64,000 nucleotides of DNA from an uncultured Gammaproteobacteria bacterium (lineage in GTDB: Bacteria > Patescibacteriota > Microgenomatia > UBA8517): positions 336 to 64,335 of the forward strand of contig CAYSJW010000031.1 of the NCBI GenBank assembly GCA_964431555.1, read 5' to 3'. Shown here piece after piece: positions 17,301-25,257 of the stretch. The notes beneath the pieces are model-generated. The model was not told the origin of the DNA. It made no database searches and saw only the letters and a program-made list of their open reading frames with translations. The stretch's first letter is position 1, and every line of letters starts with the position of its first letter. The translations under genes and the position numbers were made by a program.

Positions 17301-19643
17301 GCAGCAGCCGTGATCTTTACCGGAAAACACTACCAAATTGTAAGTCATTACTGTTCCTGGGATTGGGCGTGTTCGTATAATTACAATTATTATAATTACT
17401 TCCCTTCTCTGGCAATTTATTATAAAAACAGCGATAGCAAATTAGAATTAGAGTTATCCTCAGACAAAGAAAAATACAAACCGGGAGATAACGCAAAAAT
17501 ATCCGTTTCTGTTAAAAAAGACGGTCAATTTGTTTCCAATGTACAAGTTAATTTAGTCTTAGTTGACCTTGCACTGGAAGCAATAGGAGGAGTTAAAAAA
17601 CCTTCAATTTTAGGTAGTCTTTATAGACCAGTTCCCGCTGAAATCTACTACGAGTATTACTCTCATAAACCATTCTTTCCGTATCCCCCAGAAGCTGAAC
17701 GTGGAGGAGGAGGAGGGGGAGATTACAGAGAAATCTTTAAAGACACGCCTTTTTTTGGATCAGCAAAAACAAATGAAGAAGGCATTGCCAATTTTGAATT
17801 TAAACTACCTGACAATATAACTACATGGTCAATTTACGCCCAAGGACTTTCAGAAAACTTTGACGCAGGGCAAACTGAAGGTAAAATAATATCGAGCAAA
17901 GAATTCTTTGTCACTAGCAACTTCCCTAAAGAATATCTGCAAAAAGACATAAGTTTCATAACGGGAAACGGGTTCGGAAACGCCATAGAGCAAAACCAAA
18001 CAATTTCCTATGAAGTAACGATATTAAAAGGCGATAATCAAATAGATAAAAAATCCGGCGAAGGAAAGACACTGAAAGACAAATCATTCCAACTTCCCTA
18101 CTTACAAACAGGCGAATATAGGGCTTGGCTGAAGGGAACCGCAAATAATCTTGTTGACGGAGTCGTCTATCCTTTTAAGGTAATCGAATCAAGGCTGGAT
18201 TTGCAAATGAACAAAAAGTACAAAATCGAAAAGGGAAACTCACTCGAGAGTATAAGCATCCCAGCCTTAAATAGTAAAAAACCTGTGAGACTTATCTTAA
18301 GTGACATTGGCAGAGGACAATATTACCTCCAGCTTTTCACTTTTTGCAATCTATACAGCAATCGTATTGAGAAAAGATTGGCAAAATCAAAAGCTAATTC
18401 TTTAATTTTAGAAAAATTTAACGAACAACCCTGTAAGGTAAGAAGTGAGGATTTAGTTGTTTATCAAAATTATGATGGTGGTATCTCGCAAGTTCCCTGG
18501 GGAGGAAGTGTACTTGAAACAACAGTCTGGGCAGTTTTAGTTGACCCAAACGCCTTTGATAAAGAAAAACTCACAAAATTCTTTGAAGGAAAATTAAATA
18601 ATAATCAAGGGGGAGACATCCAGAAAATATATTCACTATGGGGACTAACTCTTTTAGGCAAACCACATATAAATGAACTACTTACATTGGCTCAAAATTC
18701 AAAAGAATTTCAGGAAAAGATAATAAGCGCCTTGGCTTTGGCAAGCATCGGTGAAATAGAAATTCCCAGAGAGATTTATTATGACTTATTAGCAGATTTT
18801 GCTTACACGAATAAACCCTATATCCGCATTCAAACTCCCCTTAATAACAACAAAACCGTTGATGAATATGTCAAAAATACAGGTTTAATGCTTCTTTTAG
18901 GAAGCATGGTTGAAAAGGAATACAACGAGGGATTATATCTCTATATTAGAGATTATCAAAATCAAGTTGAAGACATAGTTATCGACCTTGGTAAAATCGC
19001 ATTTATCAGCGAAGAGTTAAGTAAACTCCCCGCTGAGGATACTCAAATAATTTTCAAATCCGCTTCCCGCGAAGAGTTAATTGATCTTTCAAAAGGGATG
19101 AGTAAAAGTATATTACTTCTTGAAGGAGAAATTGACACGACAAAATTAACTATCAATTCAGGCAAGGCCGAAGTTTTAGTTAATTATTTTGTTACCCCTG
19201 ATATCTTTAATCAAATTACTCAAGATAACAGACTTGAAATAAAAAGAGAGTATAAAAAAGTTAAAGGAGAAGGGAACACCATTAATCCGGGAGATATAGT
19301 TGAAATAAAAGTAAGTTTTGGTCTAGATTCAAAAGAAGCGCCACTTGGAAGTTACACAATAACAGATCACCTACCCTCAGGTTTAACATATATCAAAAAC
19401 CCCATAATCTACGGACTTGAAAAAAAGGGCTGGGCTGAAGAGGAAACAAATAACGTAATTAAATACAATTTCTACAATTCAACTTGGTGGCAAAAATACA
19501 GTGAAAGATTCTTCACTTATTATGCCAGAGCAACAGCAGTTGGAACATATGTTGCCGAACCTTGTATAATACAATCTAACTTGGACTTATCTGTAATCAA
19601 AAGTACATCAGAAGAAAAAGTTACAATAGAAAGCAAAAATTAA
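14400..19643 (+). CDS. Large protein of the alpha-2-macroglobulin family, of the thioester-less bacterial MagD/YfaS type. It has an N-terminal TM anchor and is 1747 aa.
   Basis: A TM helix lies at about aa 55-75. The A2M-domain signature FKDTPFFGSAKTNEEGIANFEFKLPDNITTWSIYAQGLSE matches FxETAFFxPxLxTDxxGxxxFxFxLPDSLTxWR. The downstream motif YQNYDGGISQVPWGGSVLETTVWAVLV matches the A2M TED-like motif YQxxDGsFxxW...WLTA. No CxEQ thioester motif was found. Confidence 0.6.
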   Translation: MQPENNLSIENNIFKEDYQASENFFKKILSKIKNIFTLAFIRIKTAWLSIPKKTRFIISPLIILTLALLILTLVSKKFKPIDSIRRITQEDIIKQYSEGWSKLQIPQREPAFFTLKPQTQSRYGILPKETFTLKTKEALEESYIKENLNSNIPIKITSVSSTEFRITSEKVLGNDEIVSFNLPVKNKKISNHTFDRNYGWTFQTQGKFRVTSTIPGNEKKDVPLNTGIEIVFSQDDYKDPKDYITITPDIEWRGERHGETYAIIPIKKLKAKTIYTVTLKKGLNLESRNDPIGEDFTFSFQTQELADPQMTTRSPRISLNENFIQVSTNEQPPAVSVYTSNWKNDLSLKTKIYKFPNSTLFIESRKKIDEASSNWWSYFAEDQEISTENLAKVAEMDLKLQEKDNVDYIQLPETLPEGMYLVQFWYEDGKKLEQLWLQSTNISGYISVGRKQTLVWVNDVASGEPVKSAQIIPIGTSLNYSTSDNGIAVFSTPQIFYDKLIHYIKVASDKGELILPVNSLKGYTKPQEKNSNDYWSYLYHERRLYKPEDTVYFWGVIKERDTGLIPSNIKVSLTSGYYYYPPNENLPLKSVDITPDTNGSFIGNITLTNIPKGYYELSLTVNEVWIESSYLQITEYEKPEMKIEVTSEKKAIFSTEKNNFTAKVSFYDETPAKGVPLNIYKSLYSSGDKIELKTDAKGEIKYTYQPQYEKESSNYSYYPRYESITISPALAEESNIEGFGSVYVYGSKLMITSKSKQEGNKAYLSATVNKVNLDNINKGISSDVKGDIIPNKEVSMNITKTWWEKIEEGTYYDFIEKTTRPSYKYQRHDEKIVDTKLKTNGNGEISFEFNMENDKSYHLILSTSDEDNHKTYANEYYYYHKGDQDYSFYNESYESRYSGLTLDKKENTYSVGEDVNLSIKLKGENFPDNEKNRFLFILAQRGNQDFFVEEGPKFSFTFEKKHIPAIYAAAVIFTGKHYQIVSHYCSWDWACSYNYNYYNYFPSLAIYYKNSDSKLELELSSDKEKYKPGDNAKISVSVKKDGQFVSNVQVNLVLVDLALEAIGGVKKPSILGSLYRPVPAEIYYEYYSHKPFFPYPPEAERGGGGGGDYREIFKDTPFFGSAKTNEEGIANFEFKLPDNITTWSIYAQGLSENFDAGQTEGKIISSKEFFVTSNFPKEYLQKDISFITGNGFGNAIEQNQTISYEVTILKGDNQIDKKSGEGKTLKDKSFQLPYLQTGEYRAWLKGTANNLVDGVVYPFKVIESRLDLQMNKKYKIEKGNSLESISIPALNSKKPVRLILSDIGRGQYYLQLFTFCNLYSNRIEKRLAKSKANSLILEKFNEQPCKVRSEDLVVYQNYDGGISQVPWGGSVLETTVWAVLVDPNAFDKEKLTKFFEGKLNNNQGGDIQKIYSLWGLTLLGKPHINELLTLAQNSKEFQEKIISALALASIGEIEIPREIYYDLLADFAYTNKPYIRIQTPLNNNKTVDEYVKNTGLMLLLGSMVEKEYNEGLYLYIRDYQNQVEDIVIDLGKIAFISEELSKLPAEDTQIIFKSASREELIDLSKGMSKSILLLEGEIDTTKLTINSGKAEVLVNYFVTPDIFNQITQDNRLEIKREYKKVKGEGNTINPGDIVEIKVSFGLDSKEAPLGSYTITDHLPSGLTYIKNPIIYGLEKKGWAEEETNNVIKYNFYNSTWWQKYSERFFTYYARATAVGTYVAEPCIIQSNLDLSVIKSTSEEKVTIESKN

Positions 19644-20452
19644 TGTTTAAAAAAATTATCGCATTAACTCTTTCAGTTATAATCATACTAACTCTTTCGC
19701 TGATAACACTAAAACAAATAAATAATCAAAAAAGAGTTGCCGGAGTTAATACAAATTTTGAAAAACAGAAAATAAAAGGAGTCATTATCCCTCATCATGA
19801 TCTGGCAAAGCAATATATTGAAGAGTCATTAAATCGAATTTCCCAAATTCAAAATCCACTAAACATAGTTGTTATCGGGCCAAACCACTTCCAAGAGGGA
19901 GAAACCAGATTTATTTCTACTGACCAGCTTTTTAATTACCCAATTCTAAAAGAATTTGTTTACAAACTTCAAAATGAGAGCTTAGTCGCTTTAAGCAAAG
20001 AAACAGTTGAAAGTGAACACTCGATAACGGTTCCAATTTTATACCTTCATAATTACTTTCCCAATGCAAATTTTATACCTCTAATTGCACCGAGGTATTT
20101 TGACAGAAGCGATATTTCTCAAATTGCAACATTTCTTAAAACTAGTTTACCAGAGGATACACTATATGTTGCGAGTGTCGACTTCTCCCACAACAAAATG
20201 CTTTTAGAAGCTATGAATAAAAACAAAGAGTCGGAAAGTGCAATTGCCAACTTCAACTATGAAAAGATATATAAATTTCAGGACGATTATACTGATTCTC
20301 CTGCTACTTTAGGACTTCTTCTTCAAATTATGCAAAGGTTGGGTGCAACCAAATGGGAAAAATGGTACGAAAGCCACGGAGCTTTAATCGCGGAAAAATT
20401 AGACCTCCAAGGAACCAGCTATATTATTGGCATTTTTAAAAAAGATCAATAA
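19643..20452 (+). CDS. Protein of the MEMO1 / AmmeMemoRadiSam-system protein B family (LigB-like), membrane-anchored.
   Basis: Its start overlaps the stop of the giant gene (TAATG). It has an N-terminal TM helix. The motifs IIPHHDLAKQY, VIGPNHF, SEHSITVPILY and VASVDFSHN align with MEMO1 ICPHAGYTYCG, ILGPSHH, DEHSIEMHLPY and VVSSDFCHWG. Confidence 0.65.
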   Translation: MFKKIIALTLSVIIILTLSLITLKQINNQKRVAGVNTNFEKQKIKGVIIPHHDLAKQYIEESLNRISQIQNPLNIVVIGPNHFQEGETRFISTDQLFNYPILKEFVYKLQNESLVALSKETVESEHSITVPILYLHNYFPNANFIPLIAPRYFDRSDISQIATFLKTSLPEDTLYVASVDFSHNKMLLEAMNKNKESESAIANFNYEKIYKFQDDYTDSPATLGLLLQIMQRLGATKWEKWYESHGALIAEKLDLQGTSYIIGIFKKDQ

Positions 20453-20612
20453 ACTAATCCAAAAAATCGATAAAATCCCTTCTAAATATCATCTAATAAA
20501 TAGCATAATTTTAAGCACTTATTCTACTAAATCGATTATAAAAACAAATGAATTATTTAATTTTTTATCCATTAAATACAAAAAATGAAATTTTTGAGTT
20601 AAAATACAAGAT

Positions 20613-21749
20613 ATGACATCAATAACCAAAATTAAATGCCCAAACTGTGGAAAATATTTTGAGCCCAGCGAAGCTTTTAAACATCAACTCGAAAAAGAAT
20701 TACTTTCAGCTGAAAGAGCTAAACACGAAAAAGAACTGGAAAAAGTCAAAAGCGAAGCAGAAAATATCGCCTATGAGAAAATCAAAACTGAATATGAGAT
20801 TCAATTAAAACAGCTGCAAAAGGATTCCCTTGAAGAAAAAGAACGAAACAAAAGACTTCTCAAACAACTTGAAGATATGAATGAAGAATTAAGGCAGTTA
20901 AGAAGAAAGGATGAAGAACGTGAGTTCGAAATGAAAAAAAGACTCGCGGAGGAGGAGGAAAATATAAGACAGGAGGCAAGAAAAAAGACTCTAGAAGAAC
21001 ATGAACTAAAAGACAAAGAAAAAGACAAACAATTAAAAGATGCCCTAAAACAGATCGAAGAATTAAAAGCAAAAATGCAAAGAGGTTCTTCACAAATGCA
21101 AGGAGAAGTTTTAGAACTTGAAATTGAAGAAATCCTAAAAAGAGAATTTCCATTAGATATAATCGAGGAAATTAAAAAGGGTCAGCGTGGTGCTGATGTC
21201 TTACAGAAGGTTTTTGACAAAAGGAATCGAAACTGTGGAACTATACTTTGGGAATCTAAAAATGCCCAGTGGAGCAATTCCTGGATTGCAAAACTTAAAG
21301 AAGATCAAAGACAAGCAAAGGCTGATTTAGCAGTTTTAGTTGTAACCGACCCGCCAGAAGATTTGGAAACTTTCTCATATAAAGAAGGTGTCTGGCTGGT
21401 TGTTAGAAAAATGATAGTTCCCCTGGCATTAGCATTAAGATTCGATCTTGTAAGGGTTAATTACGAAAAACTTGCCAATATAGGTAGAAACAAAAAAACA
21501 GAAATTCTCTACCAATATGTAACCAGTTCTGAATTCAAACAAAGGATAGAAGCAATTGTCGAAGCGTTCGGCTCTATGCAAGATGAAATAGAAAAAGAAA
21601 AAAGATGGTTTATGACAAAATGGGCTAGACAAGAAAAACAACTAAGAAAAGTAATTGATCATACCCAAGGAATGTACGGAGACCTTCAGGGAGTTGTCGG
21701 AAAATCACTTCCCGACCTTAAATCTCTTCAACTAGAATCCGGCGAATAA
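20613..21749 (+). CDS. DUF2130-domain protein. It has an N-terminal zinc ribbon, a long coiled-coil and a C-terminal DUF2130 region.
   Basis: An N-terminal zinc-ribbon half-site KIKCPNCGKYF is followed by a 150-aa Lys/Glu-rich coiled-coil. The C-terminus reads QRGADVLQKVFD...GTILWESKNAQWSNSWIAKLKEDQRQAKADLAVLV, which is typical of DUF2130. Confidence 0.55.
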   Translation: MTSITKIKCPNCGKYFEPSEAFKHQLEKELLSAERAKHEKELEKVKSEAENIAYEKIKTEYEIQLKQLQKDSLEEKERNKRLLKQLEDMNEELRQLRRKDEEREFEMKKRLAEEEENIRQEARKKTLEEHELKDKEKDKQLKDALKQIEELKAKMQRGSSQMQGEVLELEIEEILKREFPLDIIEEIKKGQRGADVLQKVFDKRNRNCGTILWESKNAQWSNSWIAKLKEDQRQAKADLAVLVVTDPPEDLETFSYKEGVWLVVRKMIVPLALALRFDLVRVNYEKLANIGRNKKTEILYQYVTSSEFKQRIEAIVEAFGSMQDEIEKEKRWFMTKWARQEKQLRKVIDHTQGMYGDLQGVVGKSLPDLKSLQLESGE

Positions 21750-21858
21750 CAAAATAAATTCAAAGAAAATCATTTCTAAAAAATCAAAGATTTATTTAAT
21801 AAACCAAAGCATAATCTTTAGCTCTTATAAGCTAATTCATTATAATAAATTAAAAGTA

Positions 21859-21864
21859 TATAAT
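21859..21864 (+). promoter_or_regulatory. A TATAAT -10 box, 9 nt upstream of the ATG (leaderless-type promoter).
   Basis: aaagtaTATAATcatattaacATG. There is no SD. Confidence 0.3.
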
Positions 21865-21873
21865 CATATTAAC

Positions 21874-22098
21874 ATGCGGGGAAATAGGACGCTACGCCAT
21901 TTCACTGCCTATATTAAAAGACTGCCCTTTCTCTCATTAAAAGAAAAGTACATTCTATCCAAAAGAGCACAAGGATTAACTTTAGAAAAGATTGGTAAGA
22001 AATTTGGAGTTACTGAAGGACGTATTCGCCAAATAGAAAAAAAAGCAATCAGTAAAATAAAAATCGGTGTTTATCAGCTGAAACTTTTTGATAAATAA
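21874..22098 (+). CDS. Stand-alone sigma-70 region 4 (HTH) mini-protein.
   Basis: LSLKEKYILSKRAQGLTLEKIGKKFGVTEGRIRQIEKKAISKIK matches sigma-70 region 4.2 (LSxRExxVLxLRFGL...[28 protein letters not shown]). The protein is only 74 aa, with no region 2 or 3. Confidence 0.6.
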   Translation: MRGNRTLRHFTAYIKRLPFLSLKEKYILSKRAQGLTLEKIGKKFGVTEGRIRQIEKKAISKIKIGVYQLKLFDK

Positions 22099-22111
22099 AA
22101 AATTTATAAAT

Positions 22112-22372
22112 TTAGATATTTTTCTTTCTCTTTCCTAGAACAATATCACTTCTTCTATTAAAAGGGCTATTTAAATTTTTAAATTGACTTATCAACATTT
22201 CTCTTGCATCATTATCTTTTTTTAATTGCTTTTCAACAATTCTCTGACAATCAGGGTCCGGACACCGGGTAGTCGTCGTTGTAACCCAAGAACCATTAAT
22301 AAGCTCCCTTTTAGTTTTTACAACTATCCTTTGTTTTCCACACCTAATACAAGGGTTTTTAACAAAAATCAT
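22112..22372 (-). CDS. Small zinc-ribbon protein, hypothetical.
   Basis: Cys pairs CIRCGK ... CPDPDC. Confidence 0.35.
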   Translation of the reverse strand: MIFVKNPCIRCGKQRIVVKTKRELINGSWVTTTTTRCPDPDCQRIVEKQLKKDNDAREMLISQFKNLNSPFNRRSDIVLGKRKKNI

Positions 22373-22384
22373 TGAAATTTCTTT

Positions 22385-22747
22385 CTATCTAAAATTGCCT
22401 CTCATTCTACCTCCTCTTACTGACCCACTTCTCCTTTGTCTTCTATCTTTTATAAACCGTCTACCACCCGAGTCAAACCTTCTAGGCTTTCTCTCTTCAA
22501 TCGGTCTAGCCAGATTCACTACAATAGTCCTTCCTTCAAGCTTTGATTGATTCAGACTTTCTATGGCTTCATCTGCCTGTTTTTCATCAGCCATTTCAAC
22601 AAAACCAAAACCTTTACTCCGTCCAGTAAATTTGTCAGATATAACAACTGCAGAAATTACTTCACCAAACTTGGCAAACATTTCTTCCAACTGAGAGTTT
22701 GAAACACTATATGGGAGTCCACCCACAAACAATCTTTTTGACACCAT
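22385..22747 (-). CDS. RRM-type (RNP-1/RNP-2) RNA-binding protein with a C-terminal Arg/Gly-rich tail.
   Basis: RNP-2 LFVGGL and RNP-1 KGFGFVEM. The tail is RRFDSGGRRFIKDRRQRRSGSVRGGRMRG. An SD AAGGTGGTGA lies upstream. Confidence 0.8.
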   Translation of the reverse strand: MVSKRLFVGGLPYSVSNSQLEEMFAKFGEVISAVVISDKFTGRSKGFGFVEMADEKQADEAIESLNQSKLEGRTIVVNLARPIEERKPRRFDSGGRRFIKDRRQRRSGSVRGGRMRGNFR

Positions 22748-22905
22748 CTATCACCACCTTCTTCAACTTCACTTTTTAAATAGGTCAAAAAGAATACCTT
22801 ACAAAGAAGAATTATCTTTTCCTACCTAAAATAAAGTTGAAATCATACTATGAGAGTATGTTATATATACTTTACCACAAATAAAAATTAAAGATACTAG
22901 CAAAA

Positions 22906-23382
22906 TCAATTTAACAAAAAAACAGCTAAGTTAAGAAACGAGGCAAAACTAACCCACAAAAGATAAGGGATCATAAGTAACCCTGAAATTTTTTCAACCT
23001 TATAAAAAGACTTTAAAGTTAAAAAAATAAAAAACCACAAAACAACTATTTCAATAAAGGCTACAAAAAGAAGTTTGTAACCAAAAAAAAGATAAGACCA
23101 AAGAATATTTAGAGTAAGTTGGATTATAAAAAAATAAAGTGCTTTCTTTACTTCCTTCCTAAATAATCCTTTCTGGTAAACTAGACTTGCCGATATTCCC
23201 ATTAGCAGAAAAAGAAGCGTCCAAACCGGCGCAAAAATCCAATTTGGTGGTGTAAAAAAGGGTTTATTCAAATAAACATACCAATTTCTAATTGCAGGAG
23301 TGGTTGCGACTGCTCCAATCAAACCAGCCAATTGAGATATTAATATAAAAAACAACAAACTAAAATAGTTTAAGCGTTTCAT
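22906..23382 (-). CDS. tspO: TspO/MBR family tryptophan-rich sensory protein.
   Basis: WYVYLNKPFFTPPNWIFAPVWTLLFLLMGISASLVY matches the TspO signature. There are five TM helices and the protein is Trp-rich. Confidence 0.8.
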   Translation of the reverse strand: MKRLNYFSLLFFILISQLAGLIGAVATTPAIRNWYVYLNKPFFTPPNWIFAPVWTLLFLLMGISASLVYQKGLFRKEVKKALYFFIIQLTLNILWSYLFFGYKLLFVAFIEIVVLWFFIFLTLKSFYKVEKISGLLMIPYLLWVSFASFLNLAVFLLN

Positions 23383-23518
23383 TTCAATTAATGATTACCA
23401 TAACAAATAATAAAATAAAGATCAAAGAAAAAAATAACAAGGAATAAAAGTTTAAAATACCTTTAATCATCTTGTCTCAGATCAAGTTTAGTAACTTATA
23501 TAATATACAATTTTTTAT

Positions 23519-23890
23519 TTACTTCTCCGTTGGCTCTTGAACTTCATCTTCAGTCTCTAGATTTTCATCAAATCTTTTCTCTTCAGGTTCTTCCGCTAAT
23601 GAAGGAGTAACTGAAGTTCCTTGAGAAGAAACCTCTCCTCTAGGCGCTTGTGGTCTCGCATCATTGACAGAAATATTTCTTCCATCTAATACCTGACCGT
23701 TCAGTTTTTTAGCTTCCTCTGCTTCTTCTTCAGTTGACATTTCTACAAAACCAAAGCCTCTGCTTCTTCCCGTATATTTATCTTTAATAACATTTGCAGA
23801 GATAACCTTTCCTGCACTCGAAAAGAAATTCCTTAAAGAATTATCTGTTGTGTCCCAGGAAAGTCCCCCAACAAAAAGTTTTGTTGCCAT
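23519..23890 (-). CDS. RRM-type RNA-binding protein, second copy, with an acidic C-terminal tail.
   Basis: MATKLFVGGLSWDTT...RSRGFGFVEM. I placed the start at the internal ATG with the GGTGAG SD. The ORF-track start at 23953 is probably an N-terminal over-extension. Confidence 0.8.
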   Translation of the reverse strand: MATKLFVGGLSWDTTDNSLRNFFSSAGKVISANVIKDKYTGRSRGFGFVEMSTEEEAEEAKKLNGQVLDGRNISVNDARPQAPRGEVSSQGTSVTPSLAEEPEEKRFDENLETEDEVQEPTEK

Positions 23891-24029
23891 TTTTCTCACC
23901 CCCTTTTTGTTCAAAACTATTAGGAACTTTCTTGATCTTCTAAAACTTGCCATTGAAATGGGGTTATACGAAGACTCATCAGTCCTACTTAAGTTTTAAC
24001 CAATTTTATTATATACTAAATATACCCTT

Positions 24030-24605
24030 ATGCAACCAATAACATATAATCAAAAAGTGAAGACATTTCCTAAAAAACAAAAATCACTTTCCGCATTTAC
24101 TCTCATAGAACTTTTAATAGTTATCTCGATATTGGGTGTGCTTGCAGTTGTGCTTCTTATATTAATTAAGCCGGGTGAAAAATTAGCTCAATCAAGAGAT
24201 ATTGGAAGAATATCAAGTGTTGCCCAACTGGGAAGAGCTATAAGCAGATATTTCGTAATGCACGAACAAACATACCCAAATCCATTAACTTGGAATAATG
24301 ATTTAATGCAAACAGGAGAGATAAAGAATTTTCCATCGGGAATCGAGTATAGACTAAACTCGGTAACACCATGTATAACAAATGCGGAACCTGAAATTAA
24401 TCCAACCTTTTGTTACGCTTTGGATGTTGTAAATGACAATGGTGCATTAATTTTTTCAAAACTCGAAGCAACTATCGAAGTAGAAAAATGTCCCATCGGT
24501 GATACCTATATAGTCTATTCCACTGCGGACGGAAGAACGGGAACTATCTGTTCAGATGGTGATCCTACTCCCTGGGAACCGGGTACAAAGAATTACCTTG
24601 ACTAA
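24030..24605 (+). CDS. Type IV pilin or pseudopilin-like protein with an atypical prepilin leader.
   Basis: The N-methylation/TM motif FTLIELLIVISILGVLAVV is present. The leader is 22 residues long with Ala, not Gly, at -1 (KSLSA|FTLIE). The C-terminal domain has four Cys. Confidence 0.7.
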   Translation: MQPITYNQKVKTFPKKQKSLSAFTLIELLIVISILGVLAVVLLILIKPGEKLAQSRDIGRISSVAQLGRAISRYFVMHEQTYPNPLTWNNDLMQTGEIKNFPSGIEYRLNSVTPCITNAEPEINPTFCYALDVVNDNGALIFSKLEATIEVEKCPIGDTYIVYSTADGRTGTICSDGDPTPWEPGTKNYLD

Positions 24606-24608
24606 AAC

Positions 24609-24920
24609 TTATCTTTTAAAAAATCTCGCTAATAGATCACCCAACCCACTTCTTTTCTTATTTCTCGCTTTGCCAGATAGGCAATTTTTCTCCCAAACTG
24701 ATAAAATCAACCATTGACCTTTTTCATTTTTCCTGGCTGCTACTTCGATTTTTCTACCACCCAAGTTTTGAAAATAAACCCAAACAGATTTACTTCTTAT
24801 ATACTTCGATTTTTCAGGATTATGCCAAGTTAAATAAGCATCTAACTGTTTAATACCCCGTTCACGCATGCGATAAATCGCGTGACTGGTCCAAATTAGA
24901 CCTTTATAATTTGGCTTCAT
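24609..24920 (-). CDS. DUF4258-like toxin-type small protein.
   Basis: WTSHAIYRMRERGI matches the DUF4258 signature (HAxxRMxERGI). Its start abuts the stop of the upstream small gene. Confidence 0.5.
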   Translation of the reverse strand: MKPNYKGLIWTSHAIYRMRERGIKQLDAYLTWHNPEKSKYIRSKSVWVYFQNLGGRKIEVAARKNEKGQWLILSVWEKNCLSGKARNKKRSGLGDLLARFFKR

Positions 24921-25246
24921 CAGATTTGAGTTTTAAAAACCTCCAATATTTCTTCTTCCAATGAAACTAACTTATTTCCAATTAATTCCTCCATATCCTC
25001 TCCTATTTTCTCATTTAGATACTCGATTATTTTGCGATCATAAGGGTAAGTAAAAAACATGTCTAAAAAATAACTATGATCTTCAACCGGAAGTTTTTCA
25101 AAAAGACAAATCAAAACATGATATTGAACAATTTCATCAATCAGTTTCCATAACTCTTCTCTTTCTTCAGGATTTACAACAACTCTCTTAATCTCTAAAT
25201 CAATCTTCTCGAGGACAATCAAATGGTCAAAAAATAACTTACTCAT
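24920..25246 (-). CDS. Small acidic protein, putative partner or antitoxin of the DUF4258 protein.
   Basis: 108 aa, immediately upstream of and overlapping the DUF4258 gene. Confidence 0.3.
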   Translation of the reverse strand: MSKLFFDHLIVLEKIDLEIKRVVVNPEEREELWKLIDEIVQYHVLICLFEKLPVEDHSYFLDMFFTYPYDRKIIEYLNEKIGEDMEELIGNKLVSLEEEILEVFKTQI

Positions 25247-25257
25247 AACTACTTTAC

